A DNA stretch of 58,637 bases from Welwitschia mirabilis. Taxonomy: Eukaryota. The stretch spans positions 7,496,873 to 7,555,509 of the forward strand of contig JBOZIK010000001.1 of NCBI GenBank assembly GCA_051453625.1. The letters are read 5' to 3'. Under the pieces are notes generated by a model. The model ran no database searches. It was not told the origin of the DNA and worked only from the letters and a program-made list of their open reading frames with translations. Made by a program: the position numbers and the translations under genes. Shown piece by piece: positions 1-11,852 of this stretch. Numbering within the stretch: position 1 is the stretch's first letter; the number at the start of each line of letters is the position of its first letter.

Positions 1-540
1 CATCTTAATTTTATTTTCCTTTAGTTATTTATTAGATTTTTCAAAGTCATTTCCATACTTTTTTAGCATAATATTGTGGATATAATTATTTCATAATTTC
101 TTGTTAATGTTTTCTCATAATAGAGTATTATTGTTAATTTTCTGATAGGTTACCATGATCTAATAAGTTCTAGTTCTTCTTTTTCCATGAATTTGGGCAC
201 ATTTGAGGATTCTTTAATCATTACTTCTTTCTACTTAGTCATTTCCTTTTATTTCATACCCTTTTTTCATGAGTCTATTTCCATCATGGTTATGTTTTTT
301 AGGATATTTCTTTACTTTCTACCTTCTTTCTACTTTTATGCTATTTTTTGTATTCTTGCTTACTTTCAGATTTTTTTTATTTTTTCTTTTTTTCTAAATA
401 GCTTATTTGATCTTTGTGATCCCATGTCCATTGTTCTTATGATAGCTAAAATAATAGTCCTTCTTTTCATTTGGGGTAATATAGGATGTCTTGCTTCACC
501 TGTGAGGTGAGGAGGACACCTTTCTAAATATTCTTGTATG
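1..540 (+). mobile_element. Athila-like element, 3' internal non-coding region (fragment)
   Basis: Its reverse complement matches 23170-23780 (e.g. tcaaagtcatttccatac vs atatggaaatgactttaa; ggatgtcttgcttcacctgtg vs cataggtgaagcaagatgtcc) and more weakly 19860-20400. The latter lies between an Athila integrase and its 3' LTR. Confidence 0.55.
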
Positions 541-1209
541 ATACTGAGTAAAAATTTTGAAGNNNNNNNNNNNNNNNNNNNNNNNNNNNNNNNNNNNNNN
601 NNNNNNNNNNNNNNNNNNNNNNNNNNNNNNNNNNNNNNNNNNNNNNNNNNNNNNNNNNNNNNNNNNNNNNNNNNNNNNNNNNNNNNNNNNNNNNNNNNNN
701 NNNNNNNNNNNNNNNNNNNNNNNNNNNNNNNNNNNNNNNNNNNNNNNNNNNNNNNNNNNNNNNNNNNNNNNNNNNNNNNNNNNNNNNNNNNNNNNNNNNN
801 NNNNNNNNNNNNNNNNNNNNNNNNNNNNNNNNNNNNNNNNNNNNNNNNNNNNNNNNNNNNNNNNNNNNNNNNNNNNNNNNNNNNNNNNNNNNNNNNNNNN
901 NNNNNNNNNNNNNNNNNNNNNNNNNNNNNNNNNNNNNNNNNNNNNNNNNNNNNNNNNNNNNNNNNNNNNNNNNNNNNNNNNNNNNNNNNNNNNNNNNNNN
1001 NNNNNNNNNNNNNNNNNNNNNNNNNNNNNNNNNNNNNNNNNNNNNNNNNNNNNNNNNNNNNNNNNNNNNNNNNNNNNNNNNNNNNNNNNNNNNNNNNNNN
1101 NNNNNNNNNNNNNNNNNNNNNNNNNNNNNNNNNNNNNNNNNNNNNNNNNNNNNNNNNNNNNNNNNNNNNNNNNNNNNNNNNNNNNNNNNNNNNNNNNNNN
1201 NNNNNNNNN

Positions 1210-2263
1210 AGAAGTTTGATTCCTTTTTGAGATTAAAGATGAAGAAGCTTATTGCTCCCTCTATCATCCCAATGATAGGAAGGATGAAAGCACTACTGAT
1301 ATGAATGGAGGCTACAGAGTTAACTATAAGGATTGGAACTAATGGATCATCTTTTAATGTGGAGTGACATCCCCATAATCATTTCCACAACAATCAAAAT
1401 GACAACTATTTTCTATGATGGAAAGAATTATCTTTGTAATGGGATCATGTAATCCATTTATGTTGCTAGGATTTNNNNNNNNNNNNNNNNNNNNNNNNNN
1501 NNNNNNNNNNNNNNNNNNNNNNNNNNNNNNNNNNNNNNNNNNNNNNNNNNNNNNNNNNNNNNNNNNNNNNNNNNNNNNNNNNNNNNNNNNNNNNNNNNNN
1601 NNNNNNNNNNNNNNNNNNNNNNNNNNNNNNNNNNNNNNNNNNNNNNNNNNNNNNNNNNNNNNNNNNNNNNNNNNNNNNNNNNNNNNNNNNNNNNNNNNNN
1701 NNNNNNNNNNNNNNNNNNNNNNNNNNNNNNNNNNNNNNNNNNNNNNNNNNNNNNNNNNNNNNNNNNNNNNNNNNNNNNNNNNNNNNNNNNNNNNNNNNNN
1801 NNNNNNNNNNNNNNNNNNNNNNNNNNNNNNNNNNNNNNNNNNNNNNNNNNNNNNNNNNNNNNNNNNNNNNNNNNNNNNNNNNNNNNNNNNNNNNNNNNNN
1901 NNNNNNNNNNNNNNNNNNNNNNNNNNNNNNNNNNNNNNNNNNNNNNNNNNNNNNNNNNNNNNNNNNNNNNNNNNNNNNNNNNNNNNNNNNNNNTAGAACT
2001 CATCTCATTCACATTCCATCCATTGCATTTTATTTTCATTCACAATTGAATTATAGTTTCATATTTATTTACTTTTATTTATTAGAAATAAAATGACCAA
2101 AAATACTCTTGGAAATCAATTCTTTAATTTTAGCCTAGTGCCTTCAATGGATTATGACATTTGGGTTAACTCGCATCTATATTAGTATGTGTTTTTCTAT
2201 AAGTATTTTGATTTATAAGTTTTTCTAAATGACTTAAGAAGTGTATAAATTCACATCTCAACA
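1210..2263 (+). repeat. Athila-like LTR, partial (gapped), probably a 3' LTR
   Basis: 1261-1475 aligns with 3200-3405 and 1994-2263 aligns with 4115-4384. It ends ...cacatctcaaca with no PBS after it. Confidence 0.7.
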
Positions 2264-2343
2264 CACAAGAAAGAATGTAAACTCAACCAAATAGGAAAAG
2301 AAGAAAATTTATAAGTCCACCTAGAAATAATTAGTCTAGTAAA

Positions 2344-2443
2344 AATGCAACTAAAAATTTTAGAAACAGGGAGTGTTTTCTATATTAGTCATCAATGCAA
2401 CTAAAAATTTTAGAAACAGGGAGTGTTTTCTATATTAGTCATC
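2344..2443. repeat. Perfect 50-bp tandem duplication
   Basis: aatgcaactaaaaattttagaaacagggagtgttttctatattagtcatc occurs at 2344-2393 and 2394-2443. Confidence 0.95.
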
Positions 2444-2529
2444 TCATTATATTAGAAATTATCCTAAAAGGAAGAAATAAGAATCATCCACAATAAATGT
2501 TAAGAAGTTATATTCCTTAGTATCCAATG

Positions 2530-2945
2530 AAAGCAGTAAACTAGAAGTGGTTTTGAAAACTACAAGTACTTTGTTAAATCTTCTTATAAAAATTTTAGTA
2601 GATCTTGGCTCATTTGATTCTTTTATTTTATACTTAATATTTAGAATGATGTTTTCAAAAATTAAAATTATCAATTAGTTAATAATAGAAATTTACGATG
2701 GTAGCCAACTCAAAATAATTAGAGAAATTCCCATGTATAATATAAATTAATGGTTATAAATTTAAAATACAACTATTAGTGTTCAAGTTAGGCTACTTTA
2801 ATATTATTCTATGAATGAATTAGTTGCAAGAAAAAAAACTCACAAATATATTGACATCATAGGAAGGTTATAGCATTAGATTCAAAAGAAGAAAGACTGT
2901 ACTTTCCAACTATATTAAGACTCGCATTAGAAAAACTAATTAAGT
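2530..2945 (+). pseudogene. Ty3/gypsy aspartic protease remnant (host element interrupted by the Athila LTR at 2946)
   Basis: Manual translation KILVDLGSFDSFI resembles the xLxDSGxxxSFI active site. The downstream LGYFNIIL*MN*L resembles DxILGMDWL. Confidence 0.6.
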
Positions 2946-4384
2946 TGTTGTGATGCCAATTTGTAAATTTCAATATATATTTTTAGTACTTTTGCAGGAA
3001 ATTTATATAGGTTTAGATGTAATTCTAATGATTATGAAGAATCAATGACATGGTCACTAAAACATGTAATTCTTGACATATTTGGAGGAATCTCAGACAT
3101 ATTCTAATACTTCATGTCTTGAAGAAAGACCAATAATGTAGAAGACTAGTTTCTCTTAAGATAAAAAGATAAATATCCTTGTCATCTCCTATGTTATCTT
3201 GATAACCATCAGGATGATAGTACTATTAATATGAACTAAAGCTATAGAGTTGACTGCAAGGCTTGAAGTTGATGACTCACCTCTTCTTAAATAGTGTAAT
3301 CTTCAATGTCATCCATACAACAAATAGGATGACAACTATTTGGTATGAATGGAAGTGAATTATCTTTGTAAGGGAATCACATGGCCCATGTGGATTACTA
3401 GGGTTTCTTCTATGACTTCTAGGTTTTTTCTTCTAGAGCTTTAATATAAAACTATAAATACCCCCCTTTGACTTCACTTCCATTTCATCTTTTTTATTGA
3501 ATATTCTTGTGATAAAATATTGGAGGAGAAGAGGTTAATCCATTAGCTACAAAGAGAAGANNNNNNNNNNNNNNNNNNNNNNNNNNNNNNNNNNNNNNNN
3601 NNNNNNNNNNNNNNNNNNNNNNNNNNNNNNNNNNNNNNNNNNNNNNNNNNNNNNNNNNNNTCCATTTCATCTTTTTTAGTGAATATTCTTGTGATAAAAT
3701 ATTAGAGGATAAGAGGTACATCCATTAGCTACAGAGAGAAGATTTCCTTAGTGTTGGGCTGAGTATCCTTTATTAATGTGATACTACTCTGTTATAAGTG
3801 GATGTTAAATTCATGATTAATTAAATAACTCTTTTTACTTATATTATGTAAATCTCCCTTATGTTTTAAGTTTATTATGATTTGGTAATAGCTTCATAGT
3901 TTATCTAGATCATAAGGGTAACTTTTATTAAAGTTGACATTATTAGTTTAAATTTTGCATTGCATTTCATTTCATTCCATTTTCATATTTACATGTGTCC
4001 ACATTCTATTAGGTATATCTTATAGCTTATGTTGGTTAGGGATAAGTGATAACTCTTCTTAATAGATCTAAGTTATAAGGGTTGATTATGATGACAAAAG
4101 AATTGAAATTCAAATAGACTCATTACACTTCCATTTCATCCATTTCTATTTCATCATCATTCATATTTCATTACATTTACATTATTTGTCATTTTTATTT
4201 ATTAAAGAAGAAATACTAAAAATACTTTGTGAAATCAATTTTCTAACTTCTAGTCTAGTGTTTTTAATGGATTACAACATTTTGGTTGACTCTTATCTAT
4301 ACTAATGTGTGTTTTTCTACAAGTCGTATGATTTACAGGTTTTGCCTAAAGGACTTAAAGTTTGCACAATTTCCAACCATAACA
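2946..4384 (+). repeat. 5' LTR of an Athila-like Ty3/gypsy element
   Basis: Starts tgttgtgatgccaattt and ends ccataaca, immediately followed by a PBS. It is homologous end to end to the inverted LTR at 17924-19259. Confidence 0.85.
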
Positions 4385-4385
4385 T

Positions 4386-4405
4386 TTTGGTGTCATTATG
4401 AGGAA
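4386..4405 (+). promoter_or_regulatory. Decayed primer-binding site, tRNA-Asp type (Athila)
   Basis: tttggtgtcattatgaggaa vs the Athila consensus TTTGGCGCCGTTGCCGGGGA; most differences are C>T or G>A. A second copy follows the duplicated LTR end at 5112-5131. Confidence 0.75.
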
Positions 4406-4652
4406 GGATACAAGGAGCTAAAGGAATGGCACTATCTAAATAAGTGCCTTGGATTTTGGTTTAACTTATTTATTTGAAATAGTATAATATTTTTATTATA
4501 CTTTAGTAGGTTTATTTTAGTAGTTTTTATTTCCTGAAACTTAATAAGTATTNNNNNNNNNNNNNNNNNNNNNNNNNNNNNNNNNNNNNNNNNNNNNNNN
4601 NNNNNNNNNNNNNNNNNNNNNNNNNNNNNNNNNNNNNNNNNNNNNNNNNNNN

Positions 4653-5278
4653 ATTAAAGTTGACATTATTAGTTAAGATTTTGCATTGCATTTCATTTCA
4701 TTCCATTTCCATATTTAAATGTGTCCACATTCTATTTGGTATATCTTATAGCTTATGTTGGTTAGGGATAAGTGATAACACTTCTTAATAGATGTAAGTT
4801 ATAAGGGTTGATTCTAGTGACAAAAGAGTTAAAATTCAAATAGACTCATTACACTTGCATTTCATCCATTTCTATTTCATCATCATTCATATTTTATTAC
4901 ATTTACATTGTTTGTTATTTTTATTTATTAAAGAAGAAATACTAAAAATACTTTGTGAAATTAATTTTCTAACTTCTAGTCTAGTGTCTTTAATGGATTA
5001 TGACATTTTGGTTGACTCTTATCTATACTAATGTGTGTTTTTCTACAAGTATTATAATTTATAGATTTTTCCTAAAGGACTTAAAGATTGCATAATTTTC
5101 AACCACAACATTTTGGTGTTATTATGAGGAAAGGCTACAAGAAGCTAAAGGAATGTCACTATCCAAATACATACCTTGGATTTTGGTTTAACTTATTTAG
5201 TTAAAATAGTGCTATATTTTTATTCTAGTTTAGTAGGTTTATTTTAGTATTTTTTATTTCCTGTAACTTAATAATTAT
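4653..5278 (+). repeat. Diverged duplicate of 3927-4552 across a 100-N gap (LTR end + PBS)
   Basis: Colinear and highly similar but not identical; it starts right after the gap. Confidence 0.9.
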
Positions 5279-5608
5279 TGTCATCCCCTCAGATGTCCAC
5301 ATAATACTAAGAATGATAGTCATAAATTTTTGAATTTATTTTTCTTTTTATAAAATTTTCTTTCATTTGGTAGCAGCAATAAAATATTGTCATTCTTATT
5401 ATCATTCCCATGATAAGATGGACAACAACTTGTTTTTCTAGTTATGATAACTTTTCTCTAACTTTAACAATTATTGTTGTTATGATCATCGTCCCTTCTT
5501 GCATTCCCATAACTAGGTGAATCACTGTTTAGTTTTTTTAATTTCATTTTTGTTTTTAGTCTAAAGTATGCAGGGACATGTGGATTCTAGTAAAAAGACA
5601 AAATATCC

Positions 5609-5639
<31 letters not shown>

Positions 5640-5680
5640 TCTGAGAGAGAGAGAGAGAGACAGAGAGAAAGAAAGAGAGA
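5609..5680. repeat. Imperfect (GA)n microsatellite in the Athila 5' leader
   Basis: Seen directly in the sequence. Confidence 0.95.
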
Positions 5681-5795
5681 GCGGGGGAAGGGGGGNNNNN
5701 NNNNNNNNNNNNNNNNNNNNNNNNNNNNNNNNNNNNNNNNNNNNNNNNNNNNNNNNNNNNNNNNNNNNNNNNNNNNNNNNNNNNNNNNNNNNNNN

Positions 5796-6410
5796 AAAAG
5801 ATAATCCACTTAAATAATAGTTAATGAAAAGATAGTAAAAGAGGAATACATAACTTTAACATGTGATATTTGTGAAGATAACTCTTATAAAACTAAAGAG
5901 TATCCTTTGTTGCCAACTTGTAAAGAGAGGATGTTTGAGAAAGTGTATGAATTTAACAAAGAACACTTAACTTTAAAATCCAACCATTTTTTCAAGAAAG
6001 GTTAAATGGATAATAACATTGAAAACCTTTTGAAAATAGATTTTAAAATTCAAACTTCCAACAAAGAACTCTAATCTTCAACCAAATCAAAATGATCCAC
6101 TCAGAGATTCAATAGAATAATTAAAAAAGATGTAAGAAATGACCAATAATAATATTAAAAAACTAGTAAATTACTTTAATAAATAATGCTAACTAATCAA
6201 AGAGCACAAGGATCTCTTCCATCTCAACCTTTACCCAACTCAAATGAAGTTAAAAGAGATTTGAATGTAGTAAAAAGAAGTGGAAATGATATAATAGCTC
6301 CCACCCATAAGGTTTCAACTTTCAAAAACAATAAAAAAAGTAAGGAATCATACGATGTATAAATTTTGGATACATATAACTTTCCTTCAAATTCTAAGCC
6401 TACCACTAAA
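5796..6410 (+). pseudogene. gag: Athila gag C-terminal remnant
   Basis: CDICEDNSYKTKEYP is a degenerate zinc knuckle, and QGSLPSQPLPN resembles the Athila GxLPSQPxPNP motif. Many stops. Confidence 0.65.
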
Positions 6411-6788
6411 NNNNNNNNNNNNNNNNNNNNNNNNNNNNNNNNNNNNNNNNNNNNNNNNNNNNNNNNNNNNNNNNNNNNNNNNNNNNNNNNNNNNNNNNNN
6501 NNNNNNNNNNNNNNNNNNNNNNNNNNNNNNNNNNNNNNNNNNNNNNNNNNNNNNNNNNNNNNNNNNNNNNNNNNNNNNNNNNNNNNNNNNNNNNNNNNNN
6601 NNNNNNNNNNNNNNNNNNNNNNNNNNNNNNNNNNNNNNNNNNNNNNNNNNNNNNNNNNNNNNNNNNNNNNNNNNNNNNNNNNNNNNNNNNNNNNNNNNNN
6701 NNNNNNNNNNNNNNNNNNNNNNNNNNNNNNNNNNNNNNNNNNNNNNNNNNNNNNNNNNNNNNNNNNNNNNNNNNNNNNNNNNNNNNNA

Positions 6789-7070
6789 AGACTCAGGTTA
6801 AAAAATAAAGTGGAAACAACATGAATCATCTTGGAATTGGTTTATAATTCAATTAGGAAACCCTTGAGGATTATTAAAAATGTAGTTAACCAAATAAAAG
6901 AACATTTCTACCCCATAGATGTGGTTATTATTGAGGTAGAACATGATGAAGGTTATTCACTACTCTTAGGAAGATCCTTTAATGTAACCACCCATTGTAT
7001 CATTGACACATAAATTAAAATAATGGAATTTCATATAGGTAATTATCTTAGAGTTTTTAATGCTACCCAA
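6789..7070 (+). pseudogene. Athila protease C-terminal remnant
   Basis: ORF 6831-7013 ...SIRKPLRIIKNVVNQIKEHFYPIDVVII...LLLGRSFNVTTHCIID resembles ...PxGxxEDVLVxVxxxxxPxDFVI...ILGRPFLAT...ID. Confidence 0.75.
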
Positions 7071-7399
7071 AAAGAAATAGGAGATGTGTATAACTTAGCA
7101 GAAGAACTTAAACCAACCTTTTTTTTATAGCATTTCTCAATTAAGAAGATATTGATAATGATACATTAACCAATTTTATATGATGACTCATCTAAAATAC
7201 ACTATCTTGAGCATGAGGATGAAGAATTTTTTAAATAATAAGAAATCCAACATGTTTACTTATTAAAAATATTTTTGTCGTGTATTATTTCCTACTATCA
7301 TTCCCACAACATCATGAGATAATAGTCATTGATGATAATTTAGTACCCAACCTTGAAAATTTTAAATTAGAACTGAAAGAGTTATTGAAAGGTCTAAAA

Positions 7400-8268
7400 T
7401 ACATTTTTCTATTCAATAATCCAAAGAAATCTTTAATAATAAGTAACCTTATTACTCCTCAATAGAAATCCAAATTCAGCTTACTTTTGACTTCTAAGGA
7501 AGATGATTTTATTTAAACCCATAAACACTTATTTGCCATTCCTATTTTCATAATCCAACACAAAATCTACGTTGAGGATAATGCTAAACTAGTTAGGCAA
7601 CCCAAATGAAGACTTAAACTAGTCCTTAAGCAAGTTGTTAAAAATAAAATTAATAAACTTATGAATGCTAAGATCATCTATGCTATATCTTATAGTGAGT
7701 GGATTATCCCTTTGAAAATAGTTCTAAAAAAGGGTGGAANNNNNNNNNNNNNNNNNNNNNNNNNNNNNNNNNNNNNNNNNNNNNNNNNNNNNNNNNNNNN
7801 NNNNNNNNNNNNNNNNNNNNNNNNNNNNNNNNNNNNNNNTTTCTATCCAATAATCCAAAGAAATCTTTAATAATAAGTGACCTTATTACTCCTCAATAGA
7901 AATCCAAATTGATTTCACTTTTGACTTCTAAGGAAGATATTTTTGCTTAGACCCATAAACACTTAGTTGCCATTCCTATTTTCATAATCCAATATAAAAT
8001 CTACCTTGAGGATAATTATAAACCAGTTAAGCAACCCAAATGAAGGCTTAACCTAGTCCTTAAGCAAGTAGTTAAAGATAAAGTTAATAAACTTATGGAT
8101 GCTAAGATCATCTATGCTATATCTGATAGTAAGTGGATTAGCCCTTTGACAATAGTTCTAAAAAAGGATGGAAAATGGAGAATGTGCATTGATTTTAGAA
8201 TACTTGATAAGATCATTAAGAAGGATCATTATCATTTATCCTTTATTGATCAAGTACTTGATAGAATC
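7400..8268 (+). pseudogene. Athila reverse transcriptase N-terminal remnant (7407-7738 duplicated as 7840-8170), truncated
   Basis: IIYAISDSKWISPLTIVLKKDGKWRMCIDFRILDKIIKKDHYHLSFIDQVLDRI resembles Athila IIYPISDSxWVSPVxxVPKK...WRMCIDYRKLNxxTxKDHFPLPFIDQMLERL. It stops before the catalytic YxDD region. Confidence 0.85.
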
Positions 8269-8274
8269 CAAAGA

Positions 8275-9345
8275 AATACCTACTTAATATCTAGCTAGAG
8301 TTTTATACCCCCATGACACTCTAAAATGGAAATATGAAGTATTTGGTATGAATTTTATTATAGATCTGCCTAAGATAAAAGAAAGTTATGATTTTATTTT
8401 GGTAGTGATTGATTTCTTAATCAAAATTATAAATGTTTATTCAGTGTCAAAAATAGATTTAACTAAAAAGATTACAAATGAGTATCTAAGAAATATAGTT
8501 AAATTACTTGAAGTACCTATTTTAGATAGAGATAATAAGCTCACATATAGATTTTGGAAATCATTACATAAATAATTAGAAACTAATTTAAACTTGAGTA
8601 TAAATTTTCATTCTTAAATAGATAACCAAATAAAATATAGTAAATTTAAATTTTAGAGGATCTTAAATAGATCTTTTAGCATTAGTAAAATTCATTTATA
8701 ACAATAGCTACCAAGAGTCAATAGAATGTCTACCTTTTAAAGCATTATTTGGATGAAAATGTGGAACACCAATAACATGGTTTAATGTAGTAGATGATAA
8801 ATTATGAAAGGTGCCATCTATTCAAGATTTAGAAGAGAAAGTGGGAATTATTAGGAAAAGATTAAAGATGGTGAAAGAGATGCAAGCTAAGTATGTGAAT
8901 CACTAAAGGAGGCATATAGAGTTTCCAAGATGAAGATCATGTTTATTTTAAGTGTTCATATTTTAAAGGAGTTTTTAAGTTTAGTAAAAATGAAAAATTA
9001 GCCCTAAGATTTATAAAGCCCTATTAGATTATTTAAAGAATTAGATTGGTAGCTTATGAGTTAGCCTTACCACCACATATAGTAACTCTTAATAATGTTT
9101 TTTTTACATATCCTTACTCAGCAAATATTTGGCTAATGAGAATAAGATAATTCCTAGTCAGGAAGTAGACATCCTTCTATATTATTTAATTAATGTAAAT
9201 CAACTAAGATTTTAAATCAAAATTAAATGATGTTATGAGGAAAAGATGTATAAATTTATAGGATACAATGGTTAAATCAATTTATAAAAGAAGTAACTTG
9301 GAAGACAGAAATAGATATTAAGTAATGAAAACTAGATTTCTTAGC
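8275..9345 (+). pseudogene. Chromovirus (Tekay/Del-like) integrase core + GPY/F + chromodomain remnant
   Basis: Motifs read: LARVLYPHDTLKWKYEVFGMNFIIDLPK...YDFILVVIDFLIK; ILDRDNKLTYRFWKSLHK; KLALRFIKPY*II*RIRLVAYELALPP; RIQWLNQFIKEVTWKTEIDI (chromodomain). Confidence 0.85.
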
Positions 9346-9367
9346 AAGTTTTAAAAGAAAACTTCTT

Positions 9368-9381
9368 AAGGAGGTAAGAAA
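9368..9381 (+). promoter_or_regulatory. Polypurine tract (decayed) before a 3' LTR
   Basis: aaggaggtaagaaa follows the chromodomain directly and precedes tgtcatg, like the Tekay TTAAGGGGGGAAGAATGT junction. Confidence 0.65.
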
Positions 9382-11660
9382 TGTCATGTTTTAATTTTTC
9401 AAAGATTTTAAGGCATAGCATAAAATTTTTTAAAGATAAAAAATAATATATTCTAAATTAATGTCTTACAAGATAAAAGATTATTTGTAAGTGGAAAAAT
9501 ATGTATAAGTGATAAAATATTATGTTGATATTTTTTTTAGAATTTATTTACTAAATGCCTCATCTTGATTAATTAAATAAAAATAATTGCTATTAAGTTT
9601 TATTTTTCTTATTTATGGCAAAATAGTAGCATGACTTTGAAATTTTGGAATTTTATTCTGAATGACTTATTTGAGTTAGCATTGANNNNNNNNNNNNNNN
9701 NNNNNNNNNNNNNNNNNNNNNNNNNNNNNNNNNNNNNNNNNNNNNNNNNNNNNNNNNNNNNNNNNNNNNNNNNNNNNNNNNNNNNNNNNNNNNNNNNNNN
9801 NNNNNNNNNNNNNNNNNNNNNNNNNNNNNNNNNNNNNNNNNNNNNNNNNNNNNNNNNNNNNNNNNNNNNNNNNNNNNNNNNNNNNNNNNNNNNNNNNNNN
9901 NNNNNNNNNNNNNNNNNNNNNNNNNNNNNNNNNNNNNNNNNNNNNNNNNNNNNNNNNNNNNNNNNNNNNNNNNNNNNNNNNNNNNNNNNNNNNNNNNNNN
10001 NNNNNNNNNNNNNNNNNNNNNNNNNNNNNNNNNNNNNNNNNNNNNNNNNNNNNNNNNNNNNNNNNNNNNNNNNNNNNNNNNNNNNNNTTTTATTTTTCTT
10101 ATTTATGCCAAAATAGTAGCATGCTTTTGAAATTTTGGCATTTCCTTTTGAATGAATTATTTGAGTTAGCATTGATGATTATTTTATAATTTCAAAAGTA
10201 TATATATAGTGTGTGTATGTATGTATGTATGTATGTATGTATATGTATATGTATATGTATGTATATATATATATATATATAGAATTATCATGTGACTGAC
10301 TTATCTTATTTTTTATTATTTTGAAAAACACCAAACAACTTGAATTTAGTAATTTTTACATTGATGATGAGGGCTTCATTTTAATGGTTATTATTTATTC
10401 ATTGGCAAAATACATTTTTAGCATGAGGAGCAGTTACTATAATGCTGAAATATTAAATGTACCTAGTGATATGTAAATTAACGATTGAAGGTTAGGAAAT
10501 CATAACATTTTTCCTAAGATAGTATCTCTTCATATCCTCTTTAAGAGAGTCTCTCTTTATATCCTCTTTATCTTCTTATTCTATAAAAGGATTCCTTTCC
10601 TTTTATTCATGTGCTTTGAAAAATTCTCTATTATTGGGTCTTAACAACCTTGAATCTTAGATCCTTGGAATGTTGGAGTCCTAGAAATGTTGGAGTATTT
10701 TGAAATATTACAAATTTTTACATTGAATTTTGGGTATGGTTCCTTTATACTTGTATCCTTTTTATATTATAGATAGGTACTTCTTTCTTAATGAATCTAC
10801 TACTTACTTGAAAATCTTATATATTTTTCAAGTATATTACTATCTATACTAGTTTGAAATTTATGTGAGTATGATTGTTTTTATAAATTTATTCTTGTAT
10901 AACTTCATTTCTTAGTAGGAATTGATACCTTATTAGAAAACCTTTGTGAAGTGTCTTGATAAAATATGTAATAATGAATCTTGCATCTTATTATTATATC
11001 CTATAATATTCAAATATTTATGGAAATGAGAATTCCACAAATCATCAAATGAGGTAGTGGTATTGATAGATCCACAAATCATCCAATGACATAGTGGAGT
11101 ATGAAAAGTCCATAGATCACCAAATAAGGCAATGGATTTCACAGATCACTGAATGAGGTAGTGGAAGAAAAATATATGAATATTTATTTAAAAATGGTTA
11201 TTCTCATTTATTTTCATAAATCCATCTTTTAAGACTTGAATTTTATTTCATCTTAAAGTACCTTGTATCTTGCAATTCTTTGACCTTTATCTTTTTCTTG
11301 CCTTGGCCGTACTAGGAGCTATGAAGATTTCATGGTTTTCACTTCATATTCTTGTATTAAATAATTGGAAAACTATTGTATTTAAAAAGCTAAATTAATT
11401 CAATAAGGAGAACATGTTAGAGTGGAGATAGTTATTTTATTATTTAGTTTATGTTGGATAACTATATTGAAGTGAATTATTATTGCTAAAACTTGTAATC
11501 TTACCATAATCATTTTATAGATCTTTTATATCCCAGATGTTGTAGTCACTTTGATAACCTTGAAATACTTTTAAACTTGATATGTATTATGATGTACTCA
11601 AAACATTTTGGTAATTATCCATTTTTAATACTATTTTAAAGGTAAAATGTGAGTTTAACA
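9382..11660 (+). repeat. Probable 3' LTR of the Tekay-like element (right end tentative)
   Basis: TG start directly after the PPT, non-coding AT-rich body, and a candidate end gagtttaaca at 11660. There is no second copy to confirm it. Confidence 0.45.
10199..10281. repeat. Compound (TA)n/(TATG)n microsatellite
   Basis: Seen directly in the sequence. Confidence 0.9.
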
Positions 11661-11797
11661 AACTATTTGTATCTATCTCTAATATTTAATGTAAATCACT
11701 TAAAAACCACTATATTTTAAACATAGAGTATTATTATTGATATCTATGAAAATTATTATTACATAAACTTTAAGTATAAGAATATATTTTATAAAAT

Positions 11798-11798
<1 letters not shown>

Positions 11799-11851
<53 letters not shown>
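11799..11851. repeat. (TG)n(TA)n microsatellite
   Basis: Seen directly in the sequence. Confidence 0.95.

Positions 11852-11852
<1 letters not shown>

Noticed and set aside
187-510. 107-aa hydrophobic ORF as a membrane protein or Athila env-like ORF
   Set aside because: The F/I/L richness follows from T-rich low-complexity DNA, there is no motif, and the track shows no matching ORF in the homologous copies.
5561-5817. ER/SL-repeat ORFs (also 20780-21034 and YI-repeat ORFs)
   Set aside because: They are translations of microsatellites.
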